Virus record (IMG/VR): IMGVR_UViG_3300010222_000173
Coordinates: 1 to 37,350 of that record
Origin: a virus
Taxonomy: Duplodnaviria; Caudoviricetes
Strand: one strand, 5' to 3'
DNA length: 37,350 nt
Positions 24,771 to 35,025 of this stretch are shown one piece after another. A program made the position numbers and the translations under genes. How positions within the stretch are numbered: the stretch's first letter is position 1; every line of letters begins with the position of its first letter. The notes below the pieces were generated by a model, which was given only the letters and a program-made list of their open reading frames with translations, searched no databases and was not told the DNA's origin.

Positions 24771-25079
24771 ATGGTATACGAGATGCAACGTAACGGCGGT
24801 TGTACAGGCGCAGAGACGGGACAGGTACGCTCATTCAGAAAGGGAGAAAAGATTCAGGCGCCCAAGGGGGAGTTTGCTCATCTCCCAGACTCTGCGACTC
24901 GCGCCCTTGAGTACGAGGATCGGCAGGTGAACGCCAAGCCTCGATATGTCGTCGAGGACGGGGGAAAGGGATGGTATAAGGTTCGCGATACCCAGAGCGG
25001 CGAGTACGTCGGCGGTGAGTCAGCGCGGGACCGTTCAGAAGCTGATGCAAACGCTAAGAGGCTAAACGATGCCGACTGA
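24771..25079 (+). CDS. Hypothetical head-associated protein
   Basis: ATG 24771; position after the capsid gene. Confidence 0.65.
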   Translation: MVYEMQRNGGCTGAETGQVRSFRKGEKIQAPKGEFAHLPDSATRALEYEDRQVNAKPRYVVEDGGKGWYKVRDTQSGEYVGGESARDRSEADANAKRLNDAD

Positions 25080-25686
25080 GCCGACCGATTTGCTTACCGT
25101 GTTGGAGGTTCAGGCCACCGCACAGGGCGCGAGCGACGATGTAACGGACAACCCCGACGAGGTGGTTGAGTCTGCAATCCGTGACGTCCAAGGCATGGTT
25201 GAAAGCTACTTAGATATGCCGCTGCTTGCTCACAAGCGCACCGAGCGACTAGAACGTCACAACTGGACCCGCGACCAAACGGCGGGCGGGCAAGAATGGC
25301 TTGCGTGGGCGGACCATCAGCCGATCATTGAGGTCGTGAGCCCTGAGGGTGTAGGCCAACTTGCAGGACGCCGGTTCGTGAACGGGCGCCCTGAGGCGTG
25401 CCGCATTCGATACTTTGCCGGTTACCGCCGAAGCGACCAAACGAGCGGCGAGCAGCAAGGACGCTTTACGGACCTGAACACTGAGCCCCAACAGTTGCCG
25501 AGCGACATCCGCCGAGCAGCAATGGAACTCGTGATCTTCGTGATCGAGCGCGCGGGGCAAGTGCCGGGAATCAGAGACCGAGAGATTACCTTTGGTGGCG
25601 GGCAGCAAATTCGAACGAGCGGCGTGGATACCGGATTCGTTGGTCGCGTGCTCAGCCGCCTTGACAATTACAAAGTGATGTTGTAG
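25069..25686 (+). CDS. Head-tail adaptor/connector
   Basis: VESYL, IRYFAGY, LPSDIRRAAMELV, LDNYK motifs typical of gp6/gp15-like adaptors. Confidence 0.8.
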   Translation: MPTEPTDLLTVLEVQATAQGASDDVTDNPDEVVESAIRDVQGMVESYLDMPLLAHKRTERLERHNWTRDQTAGGQEWLAWADHQPIIEVVSPEGVGQLAGRRFVNGRPEACRIRYFAGYRRSDQTSGEQQGRFTDLNTEPQQLPSDIRRAAMELVIFVIERAGQVPGIRDREITFGGGQQIRTSGVDTGFVGRVLSRLDNYKVML

Positions 25687-25688
25687 CG

Positions 25689-26255
25689 ATGGCCCTGACT
25701 TCTAAACAGGCCGCCGACCAACTTCGAGAGGCGAAAAACTTTAAGCCTTTCGTTGAGGATGTGCTTCGGCGGGGCGGTCGCCTGATCGGGGAGCGCACGG
25801 TTAACCGCTTCATGCGGGACACCGGCCCAGTCGATGAGAAAAATCCCTTAGGCGGGCGCGGAAGCCTGAGGCAGCAGACGGGGCGGCTTGCCCGATCGTA
25901 TTTGCAGGCAAGGGGGCGAGTTGCAGACACGGACGGTGCTGGAGAATCCATCGTAGACATCGAAGCGGGCGAGCTCGGTGGTGTCCTTGTGAAGGGTTCG
26001 GGCGTGCCCTACGCTGGCGTTCATGAGCGCGGGTTTCAAGGCGTGCAGAGGGTGTCAGCGCACACCCGACGGATTGAGCAGGCATTTGGCGAGCCCATTT
26101 ATCCGACAACGGTTCAGGTATCATCACACAACCGACCGATGCAGATTCAGGCACGACCGGCTTTAGGGCCTGGGTTGAACGCCGCCAGCTCAGATGTAGC
26201 CGAGTTTAGTCGGCAGCGACTCCTTGAGTTAGTTGATGAGGCTTTCAGTGGCTGA
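25689..26255 (+). CDS. Neck/tail-completion protein (HK97 gp10 / Mu gpG-like)
   Basis: TGRLARS, VPYAGVHERG, IQARPAL.P motifs. Confidence 0.8.
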   Translation: MALTSKQAADQLREAKNFKPFVEDVLRRGGRLIGERTVNRFMRDTGPVDEKNPLGGRGSLRQQTGRLARSYLQARGRVADTDGAGESIVDIEAGELGGVLVKGSGVPYAGVHERGFQGVQRVSAHTRRIEQAFGEPIYPTTVQVSSHNRPMQIQARPALGPGLNAASSDVAEFSRQRLLELVDEAFSG

Positions 26256-26739
26256 TACAGACGATAAACTTACCGCTTTGGCTGGGCACCTTGAGGGCGG
26301 CCTGAACGCGGAAAGAAGCGGCGTCACCACCCAGACTCGGTATCGGCGTGCCAGCGAAACGGGCCGCAATCGGGGCGACCAGCGAGACCTGCTAGGCAAC
26401 CCAGTATATTACTTGGAGGTTTTGCCTTCGCGGGCTACCCGCGAAGAGCGCGACCCGAGTGGGACAACAGTGCGACGAGAGCACACGTTTCAAGTTGTGT
26501 TTATGCTTGAATATGAGGACGGGGACCCCCGAGCGGGATCGTCGCAGCCAGAGTACAATGACCTTTTCGACGCCCTCTATCAAGCGGCAGGGCAGGGATA
26601 TTTGGACACGAGTGCAGGTCCGCAGATCATGCGGGAGGGGGGTGCGGAGCACGGGTTCACCGCATTGGGTAGCCGCGGCGAAGTCATTGTCCACGAGGCT
26701 ACTTTCGATGTTACTCTACAAGACATGAATCAGCAGTAA
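26248..26739 (+). CDS. Putative tail terminator
   Basis: Size and position before the tail tube gene; GTG start overlaps the upstream stop. Confidence 0.55.
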   Translation: MADTDDKLTALAGHLEGGLNAERSGVTTQTRYRRASETGRNRGDQRDLLGNPVYYLEVLPSRATREERDPSGTTVRREHTFQVVFMLEYEDGDPRAGSSQPEYNDLFDALYQAAGQGYLDTSAGPQIMREGGAEHGFTALGSRGEVIVHEATFDVTLQDMNQQ

Positions 26740-26742
26740 GCC

Positions 26743-27225
26743 ATGCCGAACGTACGAGATGTAATTACTGAGGTGGAGTTCCTGATTGGCACAAATCCGT
26801 TTGAGGCTAGCAGCGATCCATTTGATGGGACGAACGCTGTGAAGGCCGCCCGCTTGAATGAAGGCGATCGCCCGACCGATGAGGCCGAGACCGCCACGAA
26901 CATTGATGGGCGCGAGACAGCCGCGGGGCACACGTCCTCAGTTACATATGCAATCAAGAAAAAGACTGGCACCGAGGCGATTATCGATGCCCTGATCAAT
27001 GCTGAGGACGACAACGAACAGGTGTGGGTGAAAGAGACATACCGCCCGCAAGGGAGTGGCGGCACAGAGTACACCCAAATCTTCGGTGATAAAAACACTG
27101 GCGCAAGCGTGATGATCGAGGAGTCTGGCGAGGGCTTTGGCGGCTTTCAGTTGTACAATGTGCAGCTGCAGTCCAGCTCCGCCCGCGCCGGTCAGTTGAT
27201 CAATGACGAGCCGACCTACTCCTAG
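26743..27225 (+). CDS. Putative major tail (tube) protein
   Basis: Position before the chaperone pair and tape measure; acidic and beta-rich. Confidence 0.6.
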   Translation: MPNVRDVITEVEFLIGTNPFEASSDPFDGTNAVKAARLNEGDRPTDEAETATNIDGRETAAGHTSSVTYAIKKKTGTEAIIDALINAEDDNEQVWVKETYRPQGSGGTEYTQIFGDKNTGASVMIEESGEGFGGFQLYNVQLQSSSARAGQLINDEPTYS

Positions 27226-27238
27226 CAGATAGTAAACT

Positions 27239-27547
27239 ATGAGTTGGCGTGAGCAGGATGGCAGTCTAGAGCTTGATCCACCCTTGGAGCTGATTGAGCC
27301 AACTGATGTGACGCTCGACAAGCTAACAAATGGTTGTTACCTGCTTGGGGTTGACCCTGACGATGTGCTCGCAGGCAAGCCGGTAGAGCTTCCAGAGCAC
27401 CCGCCCTTGGCGACAGCCGACCAGTTCTTGCGCTTGACAGTCAAGAACTATGATCAGTACGACTTTTGGGAAATGCAGTATGGGCGAGCCCGAGCGATCC
27501 TCGGTGTTGCGGCGGACCATTTTATCAAAGCACCCGCCAAGAAGTAG
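27239..27547 (+). CDS. Tail assembly chaperone (gpG-like)
   Basis: Between tail tube and TMP; overlapped by a -1 frame ORF. Confidence 0.65.
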   Translation: MSWREQDGSLELDPPLELIEPTDVTLDKLTNGCYLLGVDPDDVLAGKPVELPEHPPLATADQFLRLTVKNYDQYDFWEMQYGRARAILGVAADHFIKAPAKK

Positions 27548-27771
27548 AGGCGGCGGGTGCGCTCGTAGGCGGCTTCTCTGATCTCCTAGAGGGATGGTAT
27601 CCGGAGAAAAAGCGAGCGAAACAGCTCATCGCTGGAATGCGGGCAGTGCTCGCCAAGCGCTGCGACCCAGCCGATTACGACTACATGACGTCGTGGCGCC
27701 TACGGCGGCTCATAGTGTACCTAGAAGAGACCCGCGTCCAATCACGATTCGACGACCTACACGATGGCTAA
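27517..27771 (+). CDS. Tail assembly chaperone -1 frameshift extension (gpGT-like)
   Basis: Open -1 frame 27466-27771; candidate slip site C CAT TTT at 27517-27523. Confidence 0.55.
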   Translation, partial: PFYQSTRQEVEAAGALVGGFSDLLEGWYPEKKRAKQLIAGMRAVLAKRCDPADYDYMTSWRLRRLIVYLEETRVQSRFDDLHDG

Positions 27772-29620
27772 GACAGTATCTGTACGTTTGGAGCTTGATT
27801 CAGCAGGCGCAATTGACCGCATCGAGTCAGCCGGCCAAGAGTTCGAACAGCTTGCTGAGAGCGAAGATGAGGCCGCCAAGGCTGCGGAGCGCTATGATGA
27901 AGCAGCATCCGACTCGGCGCAGGCAGCCGAACAGCAGGCTCAAGCGAATCAAGATGCCGCCCAAGCCGCCGAGCGAAGCTCGCAAGCCCAACGTGAGGCG
28001 GCGCAGTCCGCCCAGCGATACGCCGCCGCCACAGATCGGGTAGCGAGCAGCTCTGGCAACGCATCGCAGGTTATTTTCTCAACGGGCGACGCCATTCAGG
28101 ACGTACAGTTTGGCATGGCGGGAGCCGCGAACAATATCGCTTTTGTTGCCGAGAGCTTCGCGGAAATGCAACAGCAGGCAGGTGGGGCACGGGCAGCGCT
28201 TTCTGGCGTATTTGCAGCCCTCAAGGGGCCTGCAGGCATCATTCTGGGGCTTCAAGCGCTGCTGGCGCTCGGTCCTCAGATCGCAGACTTCTTCCAGTCG
28301 TGGATTGAGGGGGCTGAGGAGACAACGGAGAAGCAGAAAGAGCTCAAGGAGGAAACGAGGGGGACCGTGGAAGCCTTTTTGGATCGCCTGCGGGACGACC
28401 CAAAGCAAGCAGCTGCGGCGATTGACGTGCTGACCACAGCGATAGATGAGCTGGAGCAGCAAACGGCTGAGGCGTTTCGTCAGGGGGCGACTGACTCAAT
28501 CAAGGACACGAGCGACACCTTGAAGACGCTTCGGGCGACACTTGAGGCCGTGCGAGGACGAAGTCAGGAGACGGAGGAGGCGTTCTTGGCGCTCACGGAG
28601 CTGGGAATTCCGCCGCAAACGGCCGAAAAGCTCATTGACATTGCCAACGCATCCAGTGAAGCAGAAGAGGAAACGAGGGACCTAGTCAGCGCGAGTGAAC
28701 TGTTGCAGCGTGCAGTCCGGCAGATGAGTAGTCTTCCCGATGATGCACTTGTGCCCCAAAACATTCCGGACCTCAACCAAGAGTTGAATCTCCCAGCGCT
28801 CGCGTCGGATCTACAGGACGTTCAGGATCTCTTAGGCGCTGGAATGCTCAACTCCGTCGGTAGCGTCACGGCTGCGCTAGGGAGCTTGGATCGGATGTTT
28901 AATCAAGCGACCTCCGACCAGAAGAGGCGTCAGATTGAGGAGCTCCGTCAGGTATTGCGTGGGATGCGGGAGGATATGTCCGACCTAGAACAAAAGACAG
29001 TTCAGGTCGGGCAGATGCTAGAGGGGTTTTTAGCAAGTGCAGTAGACGAGCTTACGACGGCTCTCATTGAGGGAGAGAATCCGATGATTGCTTTTGCGCA
29101 ACTGATTGGACAGTTATTTCAGCGAATGGGCAAAGCCTTTATCGCTGCTGGCGTTGCTCAGAGGTCAATCGGCGTTCCTGGTGCAGCAATCGCCTCAGGA
29201 GCTGCATTAGTCACTGCCGGGGCGGCCATTCAATCAATTGCAGGAGGTGTGGGGAGCGGAAGTAGTGGTAGCCCACGCAGGGGAGGGTCAACAACTGGTT
29301 CAGGGAATTCCTTAGCAACTGGTGGAGAAGTCGAACGAGGACTTGACGTTCCCGGGCGTCGTCGAGGCGGTCCTGTTCGCGGCGGGCAGGTGTACCGGAC
29401 TCACGGACTCGGGAATCGAGAATTTTTCGTCCCCAATACAGACGGTGAGATCATGACGCAGGGGGCGCTCAACGCAACTGCACCGACACGATCCCCCTCT
29501 AGTCAGAGAGTGAATGTGCAGACAGAAAATAATCTGAACGTTGACGTGAGCGAACCAGACTTGTTTGAGTTGCGAGCTCAACTCAATGAAATAGAAAATG
29601 AGGTATCTCAGTTAAGATGA
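27764..29620 (+). CDS. Tape measure protein
   Basis: 618 aa, Ala/Gln-rich helical; C-terminal R.GGPVRGG...EFFVPNTDGEI motif. Confidence 0.9.
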   Translation: MAKTVSVRLELDSAGAIDRIESAGQEFEQLAESEDEAAKAAERYDEAASDSAQAAEQQAQANQDAAQAAERSSQAQREAAQSAQRYAAATDRVASSSGNASQVIFSTGDAIQDVQFGMAGAANNIAFVAESFAEMQQQAGGARAALSGVFAALKGPAGIILGLQALLALGPQIADFFQSWIEGAEETTEKQKELKEETRGTVEAFLDRLRDDPKQAAAAIDVLTTAIDELEQQTAEAFRQGATDSIKDTSDTLKTLRATLEAVRGRSQETEEAFLALTELGIPPQTAEKLIDIANASSEAEEETRDLVSASELLQRAVRQMSSLPDDALVPQNIPDLNQELNLPALASDLQDVQDLLGAGMLNSVGSVTAALGSLDRMFNQATSDQKRRQIEELRQVLRGMREDMSDLEQKTVQVGQMLEGFLASAVDELTTALIEGENPMIAFAQLIGQLFQRMGKAFIAAGVAQRSIGVPGAAIASGAALVTAGAAIQSIAGGVGSGSSGSPRRGGSTTGSGNSLATGGEVERGLDVPGRRRGGPVRGGQVYRTHGLGNREFFVPNTDGEIMTQGALNATAPTRSPSSQRVNVQTENNLNVDVSEPDLFELRAQLNEIENEVSQLR

Positions 29621-29625
29621 TTGTA

Positions 29626-30114
29626 TTACTTATAGGTTACATCTCCCATCTCTAGGGAGCTGGCAATATCCACAAGTACACTATAAGCCCTCTTCGGGCG
29701 ACCAGTCGTCCATTTTGCTTCATTCGTCGCATCGCCACTGAATGAACTACCTGTGCCTGCACTAATACCTGCTGCCATTGAGCTTGCGACTCCCCATGAC
29801 CCGGTCAGCCTCGCAGTTGCGGTGCCTTGTCTTTCTTCGATAAACACTTGAATCGCCAATGTTGTCTCTTGACCGATCCCCTTTGTTGTTGTAGTAATTG
29901 AGATTGGGCGATTACTTGATTGAAATCCATAACCGCGCCGCCCTAATTGCTGATAGATGTTTTGATAGAGAGAGTCAGCCTGCACGTTTGATTCGACTAA
30001 TACCTTTGATGCTTTGCTTGGTATCGAGCTTTTCTGCTGGGATGTTAGGCTTTCAGATGCTGACACACAACCAGTCAGCAAAGTAGCGATCACCAGATAA
30101 CCTAAATATCTCAT
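29626..30114 (-). CDS. Antisense lipoprotein moron, possible superinfection exclusion
   Basis: MRYLGYLVIATLLTG-C lipobox; opposite strand inside the tail operon; visibly AT-richer. Confidence 0.75.
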   Translation of the reverse strand: MRYLGYLVIATLLTGCVSASESLTSQQKSSIPSKASKVLVESNVQADSLYQNIYQQLGRRGYGFQSSNRPISITTTTKGIGQETTLAIQVFIEERQGTATARLTGSWGVASSMAAGISAGTGSSFSGDATNEAKWTTGRPKRAYSVLVDIASSLEMGDVTYK

Positions 30115-30157
30115 ACCGCAATTGGGGCTAGATTTCGAAAAGTCAATTTGGGCTTTC

Positions 30158-31921
30158 ATGAGCCAGCTCATCTACAAGTCACCAATACAAACGGCGAGGG
30201 GGCCCGCTGAGGTTCGCATCACCGACACAGCGCCGAGCCCACAGACACCGAGTCTTTCTGAGCGGCCGGCACTCGGTGGGATTGAACTCAAGATGGGGGA
30301 TGAAGGCTCGACAGCGCAGGGGTTCCCGACAACACTCGGGTCATCCTTTGAACTGCGTATTCCCGACCCTAGATACCACTTTCAGGACCTTTTTCTTGCA
30401 GTCTTCGACGATCGTAGATTCGAGGTCGAGTTAGAGATTCCTCAAACCGGCACTTGGAAGGGGTATGTAAAAAGCACTTTACAAACGCGGCGGGCCTCTC
30501 GGAAAACAGCGAAGGGCATCACGACGATCAAGTGCTTCGATGGGATCGCGTTACTGGGAGAAGATAGTACGGCCATAAACGCCCGCGCCACTGATGTACT
30601 GACGTTTCTGGAAGAGGCGTTCGCCGTCGCGAATCCGGATCTACCGATTCTCTTTTACAGCGACTTGAAGGCAACGACGATAGAAGGAAGCGATATTGGA
30701 TTTGCTAGCCTGCGACCAATCGCTAAAAACGCTCGCTCCTACGAACCCCCTGAACCAAACGGACCGAGCGGCGAGCAACTAGAAGACGGGATTGAGGGGG
30801 ACACTCTGAGAGAGCAGCTTGACACTCTTGCCGAAAAGATCACGGCCGTCGCGTACCAAGACATTCGACAAGGCGCATGGGCCTTCATCGATGTCGCCGC
30901 AGTCGGTGCGAACGTTACAGGCAAGCGATACAACGGAGGCGATTGGTCATCATACACGCTGCCGGAGCAGACTCTTTACATCGATGCTCAGGCTGTAGCG
31001 CTGGAAGATGAGCAGGAGGCGTTGAAAACTGAAGAGTCGGTTCGTGCGGTTTGCATAAACTTGCGGAATTGGCTCACTGATCCTGGCTTCGAGGCCAGCC
31101 TAAATGGAACAGACCTTGAGTTTTGGAAGCAAACGCAAGTCGAGAGGAACAGTGATGGGTACTTGATCGACACGAGCAGCGATTCTTCTACGGTTGAGGG
31201 CGTGCAGGTCGTTGACTTTAGCGAAGTGGATATTTACGGCAGGGTCGACGTCTTTCGGTTGCTCGTGACTGACACACGAAATCACGTCTTGGAGTTCAAG
31301 ATCACTTACGGGAATGGTGATACATCCACAGCGAGACGAAATGTGGCAGATGATCGATTGTATTCAGAAATTGATCCAGACGGGGGGCACTCTGAGGTTG
31401 AATCTGTGCGGGTGAGCCTGAACCCAAATTCCTCCGACCCACTTCAGACTGCTTCTTTTGAGCTGCTTCAAAAACTCACCAACAATGCAGTTAGTAGCGC
31501 AGGAACTAACAATAAATACCGAGTCGTCGATACAGTTTGCTACAAAGCCTCCGACGAGTCTGGGCGCTCGACAATTGAGCCGGAAGCTGGTGGACTATTG
31601 ACCGTTTTGGCTGACAATAGCGAATCGCCAGTGGAAAAATGGAAGTCTTCGCGCTACGACTCTAGCCCATACGACCGCCTTGGCCGCTGGCGCGCAGTCA
31701 ATCTTCTCTCCCTTCGGCCGCCGCCGTACGAACGGCTCCGCACCAGTCTCATCGGCGAATGGGTACCTCTTGGAACGCGGCTTAAAATGGAGAAGCCCGA
31801 TGAAGATCGACAAAACGTGTTCATACCACTAAAGGGACGCACGCTGACAATCAGCCAGAGTCGCGCTGAGACGAGCCTTGAAGACGTAGAGCTCCCACGA
31901 GCAGTCACGGACAAAATTTGA
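30158..31921 (+). CDS. Tail tip/hub protein
   Basis: After TMP; WKGYV...TIKCFDGIALL segment like Bacteroidota-phage tail proteins. Confidence 0.65.
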   Translation: MSQLIYKSPIQTARGPAEVRITDTAPSPQTPSLSERPALGGIELKMGDEGSTAQGFPTTLGSSFELRIPDPRYHFQDLFLAVFDDRRFEVELEIPQTGTWKGYVKSTLQTRRASRKTAKGITTIKCFDGIALLGEDSTAINARATDVLTFLEEAFAVANPDLPILFYSDLKATTIEGSDIGFASLRPIAKNARSYEPPEPNGPSGEQLEDGIEGDTLREQLDTLAEKITAVAYQDIRQGAWAFIDVAAVGANVTGKRYNGGDWSSYTLPEQTLYIDAQAVALEDEQEALKTEESVRAVCINLRNWLTDPGFEASLNGTDLEFWKQTQVERNSDGYLIDTSSDSSTVEGVQVVDFSEVDIYGRVDVFRLLVTDTRNHVLEFKITYGNGDTSTARRNVADDRLYSEIDPDGGHSEVESVRVSLNPNSSDPLQTASFELLQKLTNNAVSSAGTNNKYRVVDTVCYKASDESGRSTIEPEAGGLLTVLADNSESPVEKWKSSRYDSSPYDRLGRWRAVNLLSLRPPPYERLRTSLIGEWVPLGTRLKMEKPDEDRQNVFIPLKGRTLTISQSRAETSLEDVELPRAVTDKI

Positions 31922-31923
31922 TT

Positions 31924-34900
31924 ATGCCAACGTTTAGGCGACGACATTTTCAGCGTATCGTGTTTTGGCAGGAAGCCGTCGGGAATGTGCTCGACTTGCC
32001 GCCTCGCTATTGCCGGGCAGCGGCCGGACCATCTGTTGAGCAAGATAGCACCATAAACGCCGCTGGTGGGGAGACAGCAACGAGCCGCACCCACATCATT
32101 GAGGTGCCCTTAATGGAAGATGAGTCGACAGAGCTAGCTGAGATCATATCGGAGCTTTCGGCTCTGTATCGTCATCGCGTTGGTGCCATCCTGCTTGGTA
32201 GTGATGGCAGCCAACACCTTAGTTGGGCACAGCCGAGTTCGATCACGACAGCCCCTGAGGAGAACAACTTCTTCGGGATGGCTTCAGCGGTCGTGCGGCT
32301 GCAAACAAATGTATTTCACTCGCCAGTCGGGGAGTCGAAGAACATCATTAACCAAATTCCTTGGGAGGGGACGAGCACACCCGGTAGCCCAGATACCGTG
32401 AAAGCCGTTACATTTCTTGATGATGAGCGCCTTGTGGCTCACAACCCAAATACTTCATCTATCTTCTTGTACGGGGCATGGGATAGTTCAACATTAAGGC
32501 GTTTCCAGACGCCCTCCAACCTCAGCACTAGAGAAATTTCCTCCTATAACGCCCCGCCCGAGGAACTTTTAGCACGTGACCCGGCAAACGGGGAAATTGT
32601 TCGGTTTGACCTCGACGGTAATGAGCTCGGCCGCATTGACCCGAAGGATGAGTTTGCAAACGATATCGACATTGGTGGAATTACGGTTGCGGATGGTGAT
32701 CTTACGGTCCTCGACGTAAATGATAACCTGCATAGATACAGTGGAATTCCCTCAGGGTCTTCTTCCGCAGGAAAGTCAGTGAGTGTCTCAACTGATGAGG
32801 GAGAAGAGATAGTTTACGATGGGGAGTCAAGGGATATCTTCACTGTGAAAGTTTCTGGTTCGACAGTCACTCTCCGACGACATGATGGGGTGAGTGCCAC
32901 TGTAACTGATAGCACCTTCATAATCAGAGATGAGATCGCAATCAGTGACGGGGAGCTATTTTTCAGAGATGACAACAAAATCGAAAATGATGGCCGCATT
33001 CCAGCTACCGGGTTTCCAGACTCAAGCAAGGGGTCAGCCGAGCTGAATAGAAAAATGCCGCTTCGGGTTCGGGATAGCACTACAGGCCGTTCAGAGCGTG
33101 GCTATTACGGCCCGACTTGGATGGCCGGACATGAAACGAGCGTAGATATAACAGGCATTCCGTCTGTTGTCTCATCCAGCCAACCGATTATTTTGGATAT
33201 CACACTGCCGATCGGCTCAGCAGAACTCCGGCTGCAAGGCGTTACGGGGGAGCTCGATGGACTAGACTTCGGTGGCACAGCGCTAAATGTAAATGATAGC
33301 AGTCGGATCGGCAGCCCGCCAGAGATACTGCTTGAAGGCGGTAAATACAGCGGGTTAGGCATTGACTCCCTTTCTGTTTGGGCGCTTAGGAATCGGGTCG
33401 AGGATGCTGTAGAGCGACCACAACTCGTGCTTCTAAGCGGAGGAACGCCAAGAGGGCCGCTTCGGGGCGGTTACTCCGAAGATCCTGTGTCCAGCCCGCA
33501 GTGGGCAGCCGAGGCAGTTACGGCAGTCGCGTTTGATGTCGATGCAAACGCAGGAGACGAGCTTTCTATTTCGGTCACACAAGCGCCTGGCACCAGCAAC
33601 TACACAGGACAAATCTCAGGGGACGGCGAGTCAGTGAAGGGGACATCTGCCACCTTCACCTACGAAAATGCTGGCATATATACGCCAGAGATGGTCGCCC
33701 AGCCGGACTTTGAGGGCCTAACGGAGGTGAGGTATAGCGGCCCGATCGACATCGCGACGCACGACGGACATGCGGACTTTAAAGACTTAGTGTCCATATT
33801 TATTGGCGCTGCTCAGGGTGGTGGTGGAGAGAACGACACTGCCACCCCTTTCGGCACGCCGGATGACGCATTTTTTGACCATGCAACCGAAATCAGGACA
33901 AAAAGCACAAACGCACTCGCGTTTTCTCCGGACTTGTCACAAGTTCCAGACCGGTATGAAATTATTCGACTTCCGGTCACAGACTTATCCGGCACCCTCA
34001 GCAAGAACCCAGCTTCAGCAAAGGAAATCTCCTATGAGCGCACGAATGTGACAGGGATAGCAGATGCCTCGACTACTCCGTCTGGATTGGAAGTTTACAT
34101 TCTACGTCTACAAGGAAAGATCGACCTTTACCATAAGGGCGTTTCGGAGGTTACCCAAAACCAGCTAACACACGTCAACTTCAGACAAAATGAAAAACAA
34201 GATGACCCCAGGTATCTGGCTCTCGGTCAAAGAAATCTAGAAAATTGGTACGATAGATTCACCAAAGGAAGTTTCAATAGCACATCGGATCTGTCGGGGA
34301 ATGTAACCTCGTCGGAGGCATCGGGTTGGGGTCTTACACAAGGGGACCCTATACTGCCTCCAGCGCTACAGAGACTACGTATGCAGCGCACACAGATGGA
34401 CAAGGCGCCGACGGATTTCTCGCAGTCGTCTGCCCTTACGTACTTTGGCGCTAATCGTCGTGTGCATGATGGTAACGAATGGCCATCTGGCCATTTAGAT
34501 GTTGTCTTCACTGCACTCTACAATGACCGATCTGTCCCTTCAAGCCTCACGCTCAATTTAGACGAAAGGTATTTTGACGGCACTGTAGATCCGGCCCTTA
34601 GTGAGCCTGCATCGTCTTTGAGCCAAGATACGCTCGACAAGATTGTTGGGGTTGGCTCCTATTCCCTGGATGGTCTGATCGACTACTTTGACTCGATAAA
34701 GCACGGTACCCTATGGTCTTACAGCAGGGTCTCCGTCGATCCGTCAGCCGATCAGGTCCGGGTTTCCGGCGACCAGACTACCCTCCTCTACTACACGAAG
34801 GACTCAAATGGCTCTTGGGTCGAGGAGACGAAAGACCGCTTTGAGGTAGGGGCAGAGCTTCGCCTGATCGACGTATCTGACGCAGGCGTCTACACCATCG

Positions 34901-35019
34901 CGTCATCGAGCTACGACTCGGACGCCGACGAAACCGTAATTGCAGTGGACGAGGACCTTACCGACACAGACGCAGGCGGCTACTTGGTCGGTGCGACCTT
35001 CATTCCAAACTACACCTAA
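31924..35019 (+). CDS. Large tail tip / receptor-binding protein
   Basis: ~1030 aa, S/T/D/G-rich; propeller-like blades, PKD-like TFTYENAGIYT, LRR-like repeats. Confidence 0.65.
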   Translation: MPTFRRRHFQRIVFWQEAVGNVLDLPPRYCRAAAGPSVEQDSTINAAGGETATSRTHIIEVPLMEDESTELAEIISELSALYRHRVGAILLGSDGSQHLSWAQPSSITTAPEENNFFGMASAVVRLQTNVFHSPVGESKNIINQIPWEGTSTPGSPDTVKAVTFLDDERLVAHNPNTSSIFLYGAWDSSTLRRFQTPSNLSTREISSYNAPPEELLARDPANGEIVRFDLDGNELGRIDPKDEFANDIDIGGITVADGDLTVLDVNDNLHRYSGIPSGSSSAGKSVSVSTDEGEEIVYDGESRDIFTVKVSGSTVTLRRHDGVSATVTDSTFIIRDEIAISDGELFFRDDNKIENDGRIPATGFPDSSKGSAELNRKMPLRVRDSTTGRSERGYYGPTWMAGHETSVDITGIPSVVSSSQPIILDITLPIGSAELRLQGVTGELDGLDFGGTALNVNDSSRIGSPPEILLEGGKYSGLGIDSLSVWALRNRVEDAVERPQLVLLSGGTPRGPLRGGYSEDPVSSPQWAAEAVTAVAFDVDANAGDELSISVTQAPGTSNYTGQISGDGESVKGTSATFTYENAGIYTPEMVAQPDFEGLTEVRYSGPIDIATHDGHADFKDLVSIFIGAAQGGGGENDTATPFGTPDDAFFDHATEIRTKSTNALAFSPDLSQVPDRYEIIRLPVTDLSGTLSKNPASAKEISYERTNVTGIADASTTPSGLEVYILRLQGKIDLYHKGVSEVTQNQLTHVNFRQNEKQDDPRYLALGQRNLENWYDRFTKGSFNSTSDLSGNVTSSEASGWGLTQGDPILPPALQRLRMQRTQMDKAPTDFSQSSALTYFGANRRVHDGNEWPSGHLDVVFTALYNDRSVPSSLTLNLDERYFDGTVDPALSEPASSLSQDTLDKIVGVGSYSLDGLIDYFDSIKHGTLWSYSRVSVDPSADQVRVSGDQTTLLYYTKDSNGSWVEETKDRFEVGAELRLIDVSDAGVYTIASSSYDSDADETVIAVDEDLTDTDAGGYLVGATFIPNYT

Positions 35020-35025
35020 ATTGTT

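Noticed and set aside
27850-28040. Quasi-repeats (AAQAAER/AAQSAQR) at the start of the tape measure gene
   Set aside because: Ordinary helical repeats of a TMP
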